DNA of 58,550 nucleotides. Source: Flavobacteriaceae bacterium (GTDB lineage: Bacteria; Bacteroidota; Bacteroidia; Flavobacteriales; Flavobacteriaceae). The stretch covers positions 1-58,550 of the forward strand of contig PBQM01000038.1 in assembly GCA_002725015.1 (NCBI GenBank), given 5' to 3'. Positions 1-7,546 of the stretch are shown here, piece after piece. Positions within the stretch are counted from its first letter, which is position 1. Each line of letters begins with the position of its first letter. The notes beneath the pieces were generated by a model, which had not been told where the DNA came from, searched no databases, and saw nothing but the letters and a program-made list of their open reading frames with translations. The position numbers and the translations under genes were made by a program.

Positions 1-245
1 ATACACTTTCTATAGGTGTAGCATATTTAAATACGTCTCCTGAGTTAATAAGTTTTGCTCAAATATTTTATGCTGGTGATTTTGAGGTTGAATTACTTAC
101 AATATCTGGTAATTTTGGTCTACAGAATAATAATTACACATATAACCTTTGTTTAGTGAATTCTGAAGATGAAAATAAAATGTTTAATAGGAGATATAAA
201 ATAAACAATAAATCACGAACTATTTTAAATAAACAAACACAATGA
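1..245 (+). CDS. 5'-truncated hypothetical protein (island gene, runs off the window start)
   Basis: Frame starting at nt 3 is open for 80 codons (TLSIGVAYLNTSPELISFAQ...NKQTQ) to TGA at 243-245; not in the ORF track because no start is visible; same strand as the next gene and 32 nt upstream of it. Confidence 0.6.
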   Translation, partial: TLSIGVAYLNTSPELISFAQIFYAGDFEVELLTISGNFGLQNNNYTYNLCLVNSEDENKMFNRRYKINNKSRTILNKQTQ

Positions 246-277
246 AAAAACTAACTTATAAGTTAAAGAATTGAATT

Positions 278-1309
278 ATGGCAAGCTTGAAGCAAATTGG
301 AAGTCTATTAGAAAGGTCATTTGAAAAATGGGATTATCAAAAAGCTATTAAGTTTAGTGGAAATGAATCTGAAACAAGAGATTATTTAATTGAACCTTTT
401 TTTGAACAACTTGGATACAACAAGATGGAACACTACTCACACGAGTTTAGTCTGTCTTTTGGTAAGGGGAAAGTTAAAAAAGTAGATATGGTTATCTCCA
501 TCAATGGTAAAAAACCTATTATGCTTATTGAGTGTAAAAAGGCAGGCGTAAAGCTTAACAAAAATCACTATAATCAACTTGCTGAATACTTTAAACATCA
601 TAAGGAATCTAAAATTGGTGTCTTAACTAATGGTGTTCAATATGAGTTTTATTCAGTTAAATGGAATGATGAAAAAAACTTGAGTAAAACACCTTTTTTA
701 ATTTTTGACTTAGAAGACTTTACACGAGCAGATTTAGAGGACATAGCTCACTTTCACATACAACACTTTGAAGTTAATAATATTCTTTCAATTTCTGATG
801 AAAAATACTTCTTAGAAGACTTTGATAAAGCCTTAGTAAACACACTTTATCCTGCAAGTAATGAATTTAGAAGGCTTGTTTATCAGAATATGGGGGGAGT
901 AAGGATGACTGAAAAAATAAGTGATAGAATTTTTAAACTTATTAATTCTATTTCTTTACAAGACGCAATTGAAAAAGTAAAAGTTTTGGAGGGTAAAAGC
1001 TCAAGCAAAGGAGTGTACACAACCTCCTTAGAGCTCAAAGCCTTTCAAATCATAAAAACAATTTTAGCATTAACATCTAAATTAAAAAATCAACTTAACA
1101 GAGTTTCATATAAAGACTACAAAGGACATTTAAAAATTATTGTTGATAATATGCCATCTAAAGAAATATGCAATTTGGTTTTAAATGAAAAAACTCAGAA
1201 AATACAATTTAATAATGACAGTTATGAGTTAGCTAAGGTTTCAGCTGAAGAAATTGCTAAACATAAAAAAAGAATTGTAGAAGAAGCAATAATTCAATTG
1301 TTAGATTAA
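278..1309 (+). CDS. HsdR N-terminal (PD-(D/E)XK) domain nuclease, COG4748-like stand-alone restriction-endonuclease-like protein
   Basis: Motifs NESETRDYLIEPFFEQLGY, KKVDMVI...PIMLIECKK, QLAEYF, GVLTNGVQYEFYS, PFLIFDL and C-terminal TTSLELKAFQIIKTIL; no helicase motifs. Confidence 0.8.
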   Translation: MASLKQIGSLLERSFEKWDYQKAIKFSGNESETRDYLIEPFFEQLGYNKMEHYSHEFSLSFGKGKVKKVDMVISINGKKPIMLIECKKAGVKLNKNHYNQLAEYFKHHKESKIGVLTNGVQYEFYSVKWNDEKNLSKTPFLIFDLEDFTRADLEDIAHFHIQHFEVNNILSISDEKYFLEDFDKALVNTLYPASNEFRRLVYQNMGGVRMTEKISDRIFKLINSISLQDAIEKVKVLEGKSSSKGVYTTSLELKAFQIIKTILALTSKLKNQLNRVSYKDYKGHLKIIVDNMPSKEICNLVLNEKTQKIQFNNDSYELAKVSAEEIAKHKKRIVEEAIIQLLD

Positions 1310-1310
1310 A

Positions 1311-1332
1311 TGTCTGTCAATTGTCTGTCAAT
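1311..1332 (+). repeat. Tandem 11-bp direct repeat TGTCTGTCAAT x2, putative integrase arm-type sites
   Basis: Exact duplication directly after the nuclease stop codon, ~97 bp from the tRNA 3' end. Confidence 0.7.
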
Positions 1333-1386
1333 TTTTGTAATTTTAAAGTGTTCTTTTGCTAATTGTATCAATCTGGATTATGTCCA

Positions 1387-1416
1387 CAAAAAAAGGCCTA
1401 CATTAATGTAAGCCTT
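1387..1416 (-). terminator. Intrinsic terminator downstream of the tRNA
   Basis: Hairpin AAGGC-C-TACAT-TA-ATGTA-A-GCCTT followed on the minus strand by a T-run. Confidence 0.7.
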
Positions 1417-1428
1417 AGATTTTGCTTG

Positions 1429-1502
1429 TGGTCCCACTTGGGCTCGAACCAAGGACCCTCTGATTATGAGTCAGATGCTCTAACCAACTGAGCTATGGGA
1501 CC
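1429..1502 (-). tRNA. tRNA with CAT anticodon, most likely tRNA-Ile2 (lysidine type); tRNA-Met not excluded
   Basis: Minus strand GGTCCCATAGCTCAGTTGGTTAGAGCATCTGACTCATAATCAGAGGGTCCTTGGTTCGAGCCCAAGTGGGACCA folds as a cloverleaf; anticodon arm TCTGA-CTCATAA-TCAGA resembles ileX-type GACTCATAATC; paired G1-C72 argues against initiator; CCA not encoded. Confidence 0.93.
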
Positions 1503-1550
1503 TAAAGAGGCTGCAATATTACGACCATTTTCGAACATCTCAAAGCCTCC

Positions 1551-1574
1551 TATAAATTTCATAAATGGTCAAGG
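1551..1574 (+). repeat. Direct repeat copy 1 (TATAAATTTCATAAATGGTCAAGG)
   Basis: Identical to 2835-2858; imperfect similarity extends over roughly 1527-1586. Confidence 0.9.
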
Positions 1575-1629
1575 GCAAAGCTATAATTACTTTTCCATAA
1601 TACTTAAGAACTCATTAAATTTACTAAAA

Positions 1630-1651
1630 ACTGACAGACTTTTGACAGATA
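1630..1651 (-). repeat. Second pair of 11-bp-period TCTGTCA repeats, inverted relative to 1311-1332
   Basis: TGACAGA at 1632-1638 and 1643-1649; minus strand reads TATCTGTCAAA/AGTCTGTCAGT. Confidence 0.65.
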
Positions 1652-1770
1652 CTGGCTTTTAGTGTTTTCCCAAAAGGCTTTTTACCAAAGCTACTGTGCT
1701 TCAAAAAGTTTATTACTTTTAATGACATATTTAACAAACTAATTTTAAATTGAACATTACAAAAAAAATC

Positions 1771-2769
1771 ATGCTCACATCGCCAATATTAAAAATTATT
1801 AGAGTTGTATTATTTTCCATCACTTTTATTTGCTTCGGGCAAACAAATAATGATGTTACAATTATTAAAAATTCTGGATTAAATCTAATAGATAAAAGCG
1901 CTAAAATTGAAGCCTTAGGAGGTTCATTTATTGTAAGTGAGGGGCCTTTGTGGGATTCCGAAAATAATGAGTTGATATTTAGCGATGTAAGACAAAATAA
2001 AATTTTTACTTGGTCAGAGTCTAATGGTATTAAAGAATATATATTACCTAGCGGATCTACTGGCTATGCTCCTTCATTTAAAAAGGGAGGTATTGGTTCT
2101 AATGGGCTAGCATTTGACAAAGATGGTGATATAATTTTATGTCAACATGGAGACAGACGAATTGCAAGTATTTCAAATACTGCTACCATTAATCCAAATT
2201 TCAAAACCATCATTGATAACTATAATGGTAAAAGATTTAACAGCCCAAATGACCTGTCAATTAGCTCAGATGGTGACATATATTTCACAGATCCCCCATA
2301 TGGGTTTTATTATAATCAAAAAACTTTTGATGATAAATTTAGAGAGTTAGATTTTAATGGTGTTTTTAAACAATCGAAAGATGGGTCATTGCATTTGATT
2401 ACCAAAGAAATGTCTTTGCCCAATGGAATAGCATTGTCTAATGATGAAAAATATGTTTATGTAAATAACTGCGGAACTGAAGACCCGAAAATCATGAAAT
2501 TTAATACCTCAACTTTTGAGGGTAAACTTTTTTTTGATGGTTCGGAGTTAAGTAAAAAACACAAAGGATGTTTTGATGGCTTAAAAGTACACAGCTCTGG
2601 AAATATATTTACAACAGCTCCAAACGGAATTCTAATAATATCTCCAGAAGGAGTTCTAATTGCAACAATAAATTATGGCAAACCAATTACCAATTGCAAC
2701 TTTGATACAAATGAACAATACTTATATGTAACGGGTTTTGATAATATATCGCGAATAAAACTAAAGTAA
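1771..2769 (+). CDS. SMP-30/gluconolactonase/LRE family protein, secreted
   Basis: SEGPLW, GSNGL, RFNSPNDL, YFTDPPYG, PNGIALS, DGLKV motifs; signal peptide; ATG at 1771 preferred over TTG at 1750. Confidence 0.9.
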   Translation: MLTSPILKIIRVVLFSITFICFGQTNNDVTIIKNSGLNLIDKSAKIEALGGSFIVSEGPLWDSENNELIFSDVRQNKIFTWSESNGIKEYILPSGSTGYAPSFKKGGIGSNGLAFDKDGDIILCQHGDRRIASISNTATINPNFKTIIDNYNGKRFNSPNDLSISSDGDIYFTDPPYGFYYNQKTFDDKFRELDFNGVFKQSKDGSLHLITKEMSLPNGIALSNDEKYVYVNNCGTEDPKIMKFNTSTFEGKLFFDGSELSKKHKGCFDGLKVHSSGNIFTTAPNGILIISPEGVLIATINYGKPITNCNFDTNEQYLYVTGFDNISRIKLK

Positions 2770-2834
2770 AATCCCGATCCATAGGGACCTCTTCTTATTT
2801 ATGCCCTGCTGTTTTTAAACAACTCAAAGCATTG

Positions 2835-2858
2835 TATAAATTTCATAAATGGTCAAGG
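2835..2858 (+). repeat. Direct repeat copy 2 (TATAAATTTCATAAATGGTCAAGG)
   Basis: Identical to 1551-1574; imperfect similarity extends over roughly 2813-2872. Confidence 0.9.
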
Positions 2859-2892
2859 TGCAAATCCATAATAAATATAGTATTTTTACCCC

Positions 2893-3285
2893 ATGGAAAG
2901 TCAACGACAAAAAAAAATCGCCTCGGTTTTACAATCGGATTTGGTAGAAGTTTTACAAGGAGCTGCCAGAGAGGGTGGACTTAGGGGGGTCATTATATCG
3001 GTTACCAAAGTCGCTGTGACCGTTGATTTATCGATTGCCAAAGTTTATCTCAGTATTTTTCCAGTTAAACAGGCTCAGTTACTGATTGAAGGCATTATTT
3101 CCAACGCCCCTATGATCAAACACGAGTTGGCCCAGCGCACCAAACACCAACTCAGGCGCATGCCAGAATTGTTGTTTTTTTTGGACGACTCTTTGGAATA
3201 TATCGATCAAATTGACCAGGCTTTAAGACAACCTGAGAGTCCCATCGAAAATCCAGATTTGCTTGACAAAAGAAAAAAAATCTAA
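2893..3285 (+). CDS. rbfA: 30S ribosome-binding factor A
   Basis: RQKKIAS...VTVDLSIAKVYLS...LRRMPELLFFLDDSLEY. Confidence 0.95.
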   Translation: MESQRQKKIASVLQSDLVEVLQGAAREGGLRGVIISVTKVAVTVDLSIAKVYLSIFPVKQAQLLIEGIISNAPMIKHELAQRTKHQLRRMPELLFFLDDSLEYIDQIDQALRQPESPIENPDLLDKRKKI

Positions 3286-4485
3286 TTGAATTTTTCGTTT
3301 TACATAGCCAAGCGGTATTTGTTTACCAAAAGTAAAAACAAAGCCATTAATTATATCACTTTGCTTGCCAGTATTGGCATTGTCGTGGGTACCGCAGCAC
3401 TTTTTATTGTCCTTTCAGGCTTCGCTGGACTAAAAGCCTTTAGTCTAGAATTTACAAACCTAACGGATCCCGATTTAAAAATCGTTCCAAAACAGTCCAA
3501 AACCTTTACTTTTTCCCAACAGCAAAAAGAAAAAATGGCTGCAATGAAAGGAGTTATTTCTTTTTCTGAGATTGTAGAAGACAAGGTTTTAATGCGCTGT
3601 GAGGACAAGTTTCTGGCGGTAAGTCTCAAAGGGGTAGACCGACAATATCCAGCACAAACAATTGATTCTATTTTGTCTTATGGTGATTGGATGCAGCCTG
3701 ATTTACCCCATGTTGTTTCTGGATGGGGCGTTAGTAACACCCTTGGTTTCAATACTTACGATATTACAAAAACCCTAAGACTCTATGCGCCCAAACCTGG
3801 AAAGGGGCAGCTCATGTCAGTCAAAGATGCTTTTAGGAATATGAAAGTGGTGAATGTGGGGCTTTTTCAAATTAACGACGCCCTTAACAATTCAAGAGTT
3901 TTTACAACTATTGAAAACGCAAAATATCTATTAGGCTTCTCAAATGAGGCTGTGACTGCGATTGAAATTACGACCAGTGAGGCGTTTAAGCAATCACAAA
4001 TGATTTCCCAGTTAGAGGCCTTATTTGACAATCAGGTTGAGGTTAAAAATAGAATTCAACTCAATGCGGCTCTTTACAAAATGCTTAACACAGAACAGAT
4101 GGCTGTCTATCTTATTTTCACCCTTATTTTGGCCATTGCATTGTTTAATATTCTGGGTTCTATTGTGATGATGATTTTAGATAAAAAGAAAGATTTGCAA
4201 ACCTTGTTTAGTTTAGGGGCCAGCAAGAAGGCTGTTCAAACCATATTTTTTGCCCAAGGTTTTTTAATGAGCTTTTTCGGGGGTTTAATGGGTATATTTT
4301 TGGGGGTGAGCGTAATTTTTCTTCAGCAACAGTTTGAAATGGTTTTGATTACACCGACTTTGGCATATCCCGTACTGCTGTCTTGGTCCAATGTTGGCAT
4401 TGCCTTTTTCACTATTTTAGTCCTAGGGACAATCGCATCCCTTTTGGCCTCTTGGCAGATTAAAAAATTAGAATTTATAAATTAA
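3286..4485 (+). CDS. LolC/LolE-family lipoprotein-releasing ABC transporter permease (FtsX-like)
   Basis: FYIAKRYLF N-terminus, GIVVGTAALFIVLSGFAG, MMILDKKKDLQTLFSLGA; TTG start. Confidence 0.85.
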   Translation: MNFSFYIAKRYLFTKSKNKAINYITLLASIGIVVGTAALFIVLSGFAGLKAFSLEFTNLTDPDLKIVPKQSKTFTFSQQQKEKMAAMKGVISFSEIVEDKVLMRCEDKFLAVSLKGVDRQYPAQTIDSILSYGDWMQPDLPHVVSGWGVSNTLGFNTYDITKTLRLYAPKPGKGQLMSVKDAFRNMKVVNVGLFQINDALNNSRVFTTIENAKYLLGFSNEAVTAIEITTSEAFKQSQMISQLEALFDNQVEVKNRIQLNAALYKMLNTEQMAVYLIFTLILAIALFNILGSIVMMILDKKKDLQTLFSLGASKKAVQTIFFAQGFLMSFFGGLMGIFLGVSVIFLQQQFEMVLITPTLAYPVLLSWSNVGIAFFTILVLGTIASLLASWQIKKLEFIN

Positions 4486-5474
4486 GCAAATTGGTGATCG
4501 CCAAAGACCTGTTCCACTTCATCGAAAGCTTTAAAGACATCAGCACTGTGGTCGCTGGTTACCATCTTGCTGCGATAGGGTTTAAAATTTGGAATTCCTT
4601 TAAAGTAATTGCTGTAATGGCGTCTGGTTTCTAATACTCCCAGAATTTCTCCTTTCCATTTAATGGCCATTTTGAGATGTCTTCTAGCGGCATCGACTCT
4701 TTCTGTCATTCCAATAGGCGCCAAGTGATTGCCTGTTTCGAAGTAGTGTTTAACTTGTTTAAAAAACCAAGGGTTTCCAATACTGGCACGACCAATCATA
4801 GCCCCGTCTAAGCCGTAAACATCTCGCATTTCCAGCGCTCGCTCCGGAGAATTTACATCGCCATTTCCGAAAATTGGGATGTGCATTCTGGGGTTGTCTT
4901 TGACCGCTGCTATGGGCGCCCAATCCGCGCAGCCTTTGTACATTTGTGCTCGAGTGCGGCCGTGTATGGACAAGGCTTTGATGCCCACATCTTGAAGTCT
5001 CTCTGCCACTTCAACAATTCGTATTGAATCGTGATCCCAACCCAAACGGGTTTTTACAGTGACCGGTAAATGGGTGCGTTTTACCATCTCGGCCGTAAGT
5101 TTTTCCATCAAGCATATGTCTTTAAGTATACCTGCCCCAGCCCCCTTACTGACCACTTTTTTTACGGGACAACCAAAATTAATATCAATTATATCGGGTT
5201 TTGATTTTTCTACAATCTCAATTGCCCTTAGCATACTGTCTATATTGGCACCAAAAATTTGAATCCCTACAGGCCGTTCTTTTTCATAAATATCCAGTTT
5301 TATGGTACTTTTGGCGGCGTCTCTGATTAAACCTTCACTCGAAATAAATTCTGTGTATACCACATCGGCCCCTTGTTCTTTACACAAGGCGCGAAAAGGC
5401 GGATCGCTAACGTCTTCCATCGGGGCAAGCAACAGCGGGAAATCAGGCAATTCTATGGGTCCAATTTTAAGCAT
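4482..5474 (-). CDS. dusB: tRNA dihydrouridine synthase B
   Basis: LAPMEDVSD, IDINFGCP, VTVKTRLGWD, IHGRTR, GNGD, MIGRASIGNPW. Confidence 0.93.
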   Translation of the reverse strand: MLKIGPIELPDFPLLLAPMEDVSDPPFRALCKEQGADVVYTEFISSEGLIRDAAKSTIKLDIYEKERPVGIQIFGANIDSMLRAIEIVEKSKPDIIDINFGCPVKKVVSKGAGAGILKDICLMEKLTAEMVKRTHLPVTVKTRLGWDHDSIRIVEVAERLQDVGIKALSIHGRTRAQMYKGCADWAPIAAVKDNPRMHIPIFGNGDVNSPERALEMRDVYGLDGAMIGRASIGNPWFFKQVKHYFETGNHLAPIGMTERVDAARRHLKMAIKWKGEILGVLETRRHYSNYFKGIPNFKPYRSKMVTSDHSADVFKAFDEVEQVFGDHQFA

Positions 5475-5475
5475 A

Positions 5476-6051
5476 TTATTTGTAAAAATTCATTTCATCT
5501 AAATATACCCAAACGGCTTCAGGCAACAAAGGCCGAATGTTTTTACCCTTTTTTATGGAGTTTCTTATAAAAGAGGACGAAATTTCAATAATAGGCGCCC
5601 CCACCTTGTGAATGCGTCCTTTGACATTGGGTTTTGGGGGTGTGGAATTGAGTTTTCTTGGATACACATAGATGGGATAACGCTGTAAGAGGACCTCAGC
5701 ATTTTTCCATTTTGGCAAAGAGATTAAATTGTCTTCCCCCATGATCAGCGCAAACTCGTGTTCTGGATATTTTTCTTCTAAATATACCAGTGTATGTATG
5801 GTATAATTTGGTTGGCTCAATCCAAACTCAATATCGCTGGGTTTAATTTTAGGGTATGCTTCTGTAGCCAGAAACACCATTTCTAGACGCTGTCTGTTGT
5901 CTAAAATACTTTGCTTCACTTTTAAGGGGTTCTGCGGAGTCACCACACACCAAACTTGATCTAAATCTGAATGTTCTGCAAAGTGGTTGGCAATGATGAG
6001 GTGGCCAACATGAATGGGATTAAAAGTGCCAAAATAGAGTCCGATTTTCAT
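5476..6051 (-). CDS. nadD: Nicotinate-nucleotide adenylyltransferase
   Basis: GTFNPIHVGH, ISSSFIR motifs. Confidence 0.95.
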   Translation of the reverse strand: MKIGLYFGTFNPIHVGHLIIANHFAEHSDLDQVWCVVTPQNPLKVKQSILDNRQRLEMVFLATEAYPKIKPSDIEFGLSQPNYTIHTLVYLEEKYPEHEFALIMGEDNLISLPKWKNAEVLLQRYPIYVYPRKLNSTPPKPNVKGRIHKVGAPIIEISSSFIRNSIKKGKNIRPLLPEAVWVYLDEMNFYK

Positions 6052-6066
6052 AGATTTATGGAGGCT

Positions 6067-6639
6067 TTAAGGTTTGATAAAGTTCAACACAGTTTGATAG
6101 GCTTCTCTTTGCGCATTTTCTAAAATTACGTTTTCAATGTTACAGTCAAACAGCCTGGCTTTTGACAATTCCTCTGAAGCTTTTGAAATTCGCATATTGA
6201 TCTTATCATCAGACTCGGTTTTTCTTTTTTTGAGTCGAATTTTTAGGGCATCAATGCTTGGGGGTTTTATAAAAACACTTAGGGTTTGATCGGGAAATTT
6301 ATTTTTAATGTGCAGACCGCCAGCAACATCAATGTCAAATATAACGTGCTTACCCACTGCCCATATACGCGCCACTTCTGAATTTAGAGTTCCGTAAAAA
6401 TTATCCTTATAGACTTCTTCCCATTCCAAAAATGCCTCCGCTTCTATCTGTGATTTAAAGGCCTCGGTTGATAAGAAATAGTAGTCTTTTCCTTCAACTT
6501 CTGCCCCTCTTTTTGGGCGCGAGGTGGCTGAAACCGAAAAGGCTAAATTTAGTTCTTTTTGCTCCAATAAATGTTTCACGATAGTGGTTTTACCAGCGCC
6601 AGAGGGGGCAGAAAATACGATGAGTTTGCCTTTAAACAT
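6067..6639 (-). CDS. gmk: Guanylate kinase
   Basis: SAPSGAGKTT P-loop, SATSRPKR, EGKDYYF, FYGT. Confidence 0.95.
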   Translation of the reverse strand: MFKGKLIVFSAPSGAGKTTIVKHLLEQKELNLAFSVSATSRPKRGAEVEGKDYYFLSTEAFKSQIEAEAFLEWEEVYKDNFYGTLNSEVARIWAVGKHVIFDIDVAGGLHIKNKFPDQTLSVFIKPPSIDALKIRLKKRKTESDDKINMRISKASEELSKARLFDCNIENVILENAQREAYQTVLNFIKP

Positions 6640-6640
6640 T

Positions 6641-7501
6641 TTAAAGTACGTTAAGGAGTTGTTCTTTTATTTTTTCAAGCTCATCTTTCATTTGAACAAC
6701 CAGTTTTTGCATGGGTGCATAGTTGGCCTTGGATCCAATCGTATTGATTTCACGTCCAATTTCTTGGCTTATAAACCCTAATTTTTTACCGTTTGATTCC
6801 TTTGAATCTAAGGTCTTTAAAAAGTAGTCCAAATGGTTTTGAAGGCGTATTTTTTCTTCTGTGATGTCTAATTTTTCTATATAGTAAATAAGCTCTTGTT
6901 CAAAGCGGTTTTGATCCAATGTTTCTCTTAACTCTGCGATGCCTTTATTGAGGCGTTCCCTTACATTTTCCAGCCGCTTGGGATCCATTTCTAAAATGGA
7001 TTTTAAAAGGGCATCAATATTATTGATACGGGCCGAAAAGTCTTTTAAAAGCGCCAGGCCTTCGTCTGTGCGGTAGCTTTGAATTCGGTCCAACACTAAA
7101 GTCACAGCGTTTAAAATTTCAGTCCATTCCTCTGCCTCAACCTCTTCCTTTTCTGTACTGATTGCATCCGGCATTTTAACCGCCATTTTAAGCAGTTCTA
7201 AATCGGAATCACTTTCGGTAAGGGTCTTGAGCTGCTGTATGTAATTTTGGACAACCGTATTGTTAATTTTTGAAGCCGCTTCGGTTTTGTTGCGTTCGAC
7301 ATAAAGGGATAAATCTACCTTACCGCGACCCAGTCGGTTGCCAATAATTTTGCGAAGCTCTAATTCTTTACTGCGATAATCGCCGGGCATCCGCATGCTT
7401 AAATCCAAGGATTTACTGTTGAGGGAGCGAATTTCAATGCGCATGGTTTTAGCGGGAAGCTCAAGAACTACTTTGCCATAACCCGTCATGGAATGTATCA
7501 T
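6641..7501 (-). CDS. yicC: YicC/YloC family endoribonuclease
   Basis: MIHSMTGYG, EKLDITEE, GKKLGFISQEIGREINTIGSK, EKIKEQLLNVL. Confidence 0.92.
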   Translation of the reverse strand: MIHSMTGYGKVVLELPAKTMRIEIRSLNSKSLDLSMRMPGDYRSKELELRKIIGNRLGRGKVDLSLYVERNKTEAASKINNTVVQNYIQQLKTLTESDSDLELLKMAVKMPDAISTEKEEVEAEEWTEILNAVTLVLDRIQSYRTDEGLALLKDFSARINNIDALLKSILEMDPKRLENVRERLNKGIAELRETLDQNRFEQELIYYIEKLDITEEKIRLQNHLDYFLKTLDSKESNGKKLGFISQEIGREINTIGSKANYAPMQKLVVQMKDELEKIKEQLLNVL

Positions 7502-7524
7502 TTTAAAGGACTTAAAATTTGTTT

Positions 7525-7532
7525 CAAAGATA
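7525..7532 (-). promoter_or_regulatory. Bacteroidota housekeeping -7 box (TATCTTTG) for yicC-gmk-nadD-dusB
   Basis: Exact TAnnTTTG ~24 nt upstream of the ATG. Confidence 0.55.
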
Positions 7533-7546
7533 CAGAAAAGCCCTTA

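Larger units (their letters stand above)
1..1428. mobile_element. Right end of a genomic island/prophage-like element integrated at the tRNA 3' end
   Basis: Visibly more AT-rich than the core genes; carries a prophage-associated nuclease family; tandem arm-like repeats at 1311-1332; abuts the tRNA 3' end. No integrase is inside the window. Confidence 0.6.
1551..2858. mobile_element. Direct-repeat-flanked 1284-bp single-gene cassette (gluconolactonase) inserted between the tRNA promoter and rbfA
   Basis: Exact 24-bp terminal direct repeat, internal arm-like repeat pair and AT-rich cargo gene; no recombinase. Confidence 0.55.

Noticed and set aside
2253-2262. CCTGTCAATT resembling the arm-type motif
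   Set aside because: Single unpaired copy inside the conserved PNDL coding motif; probably chance
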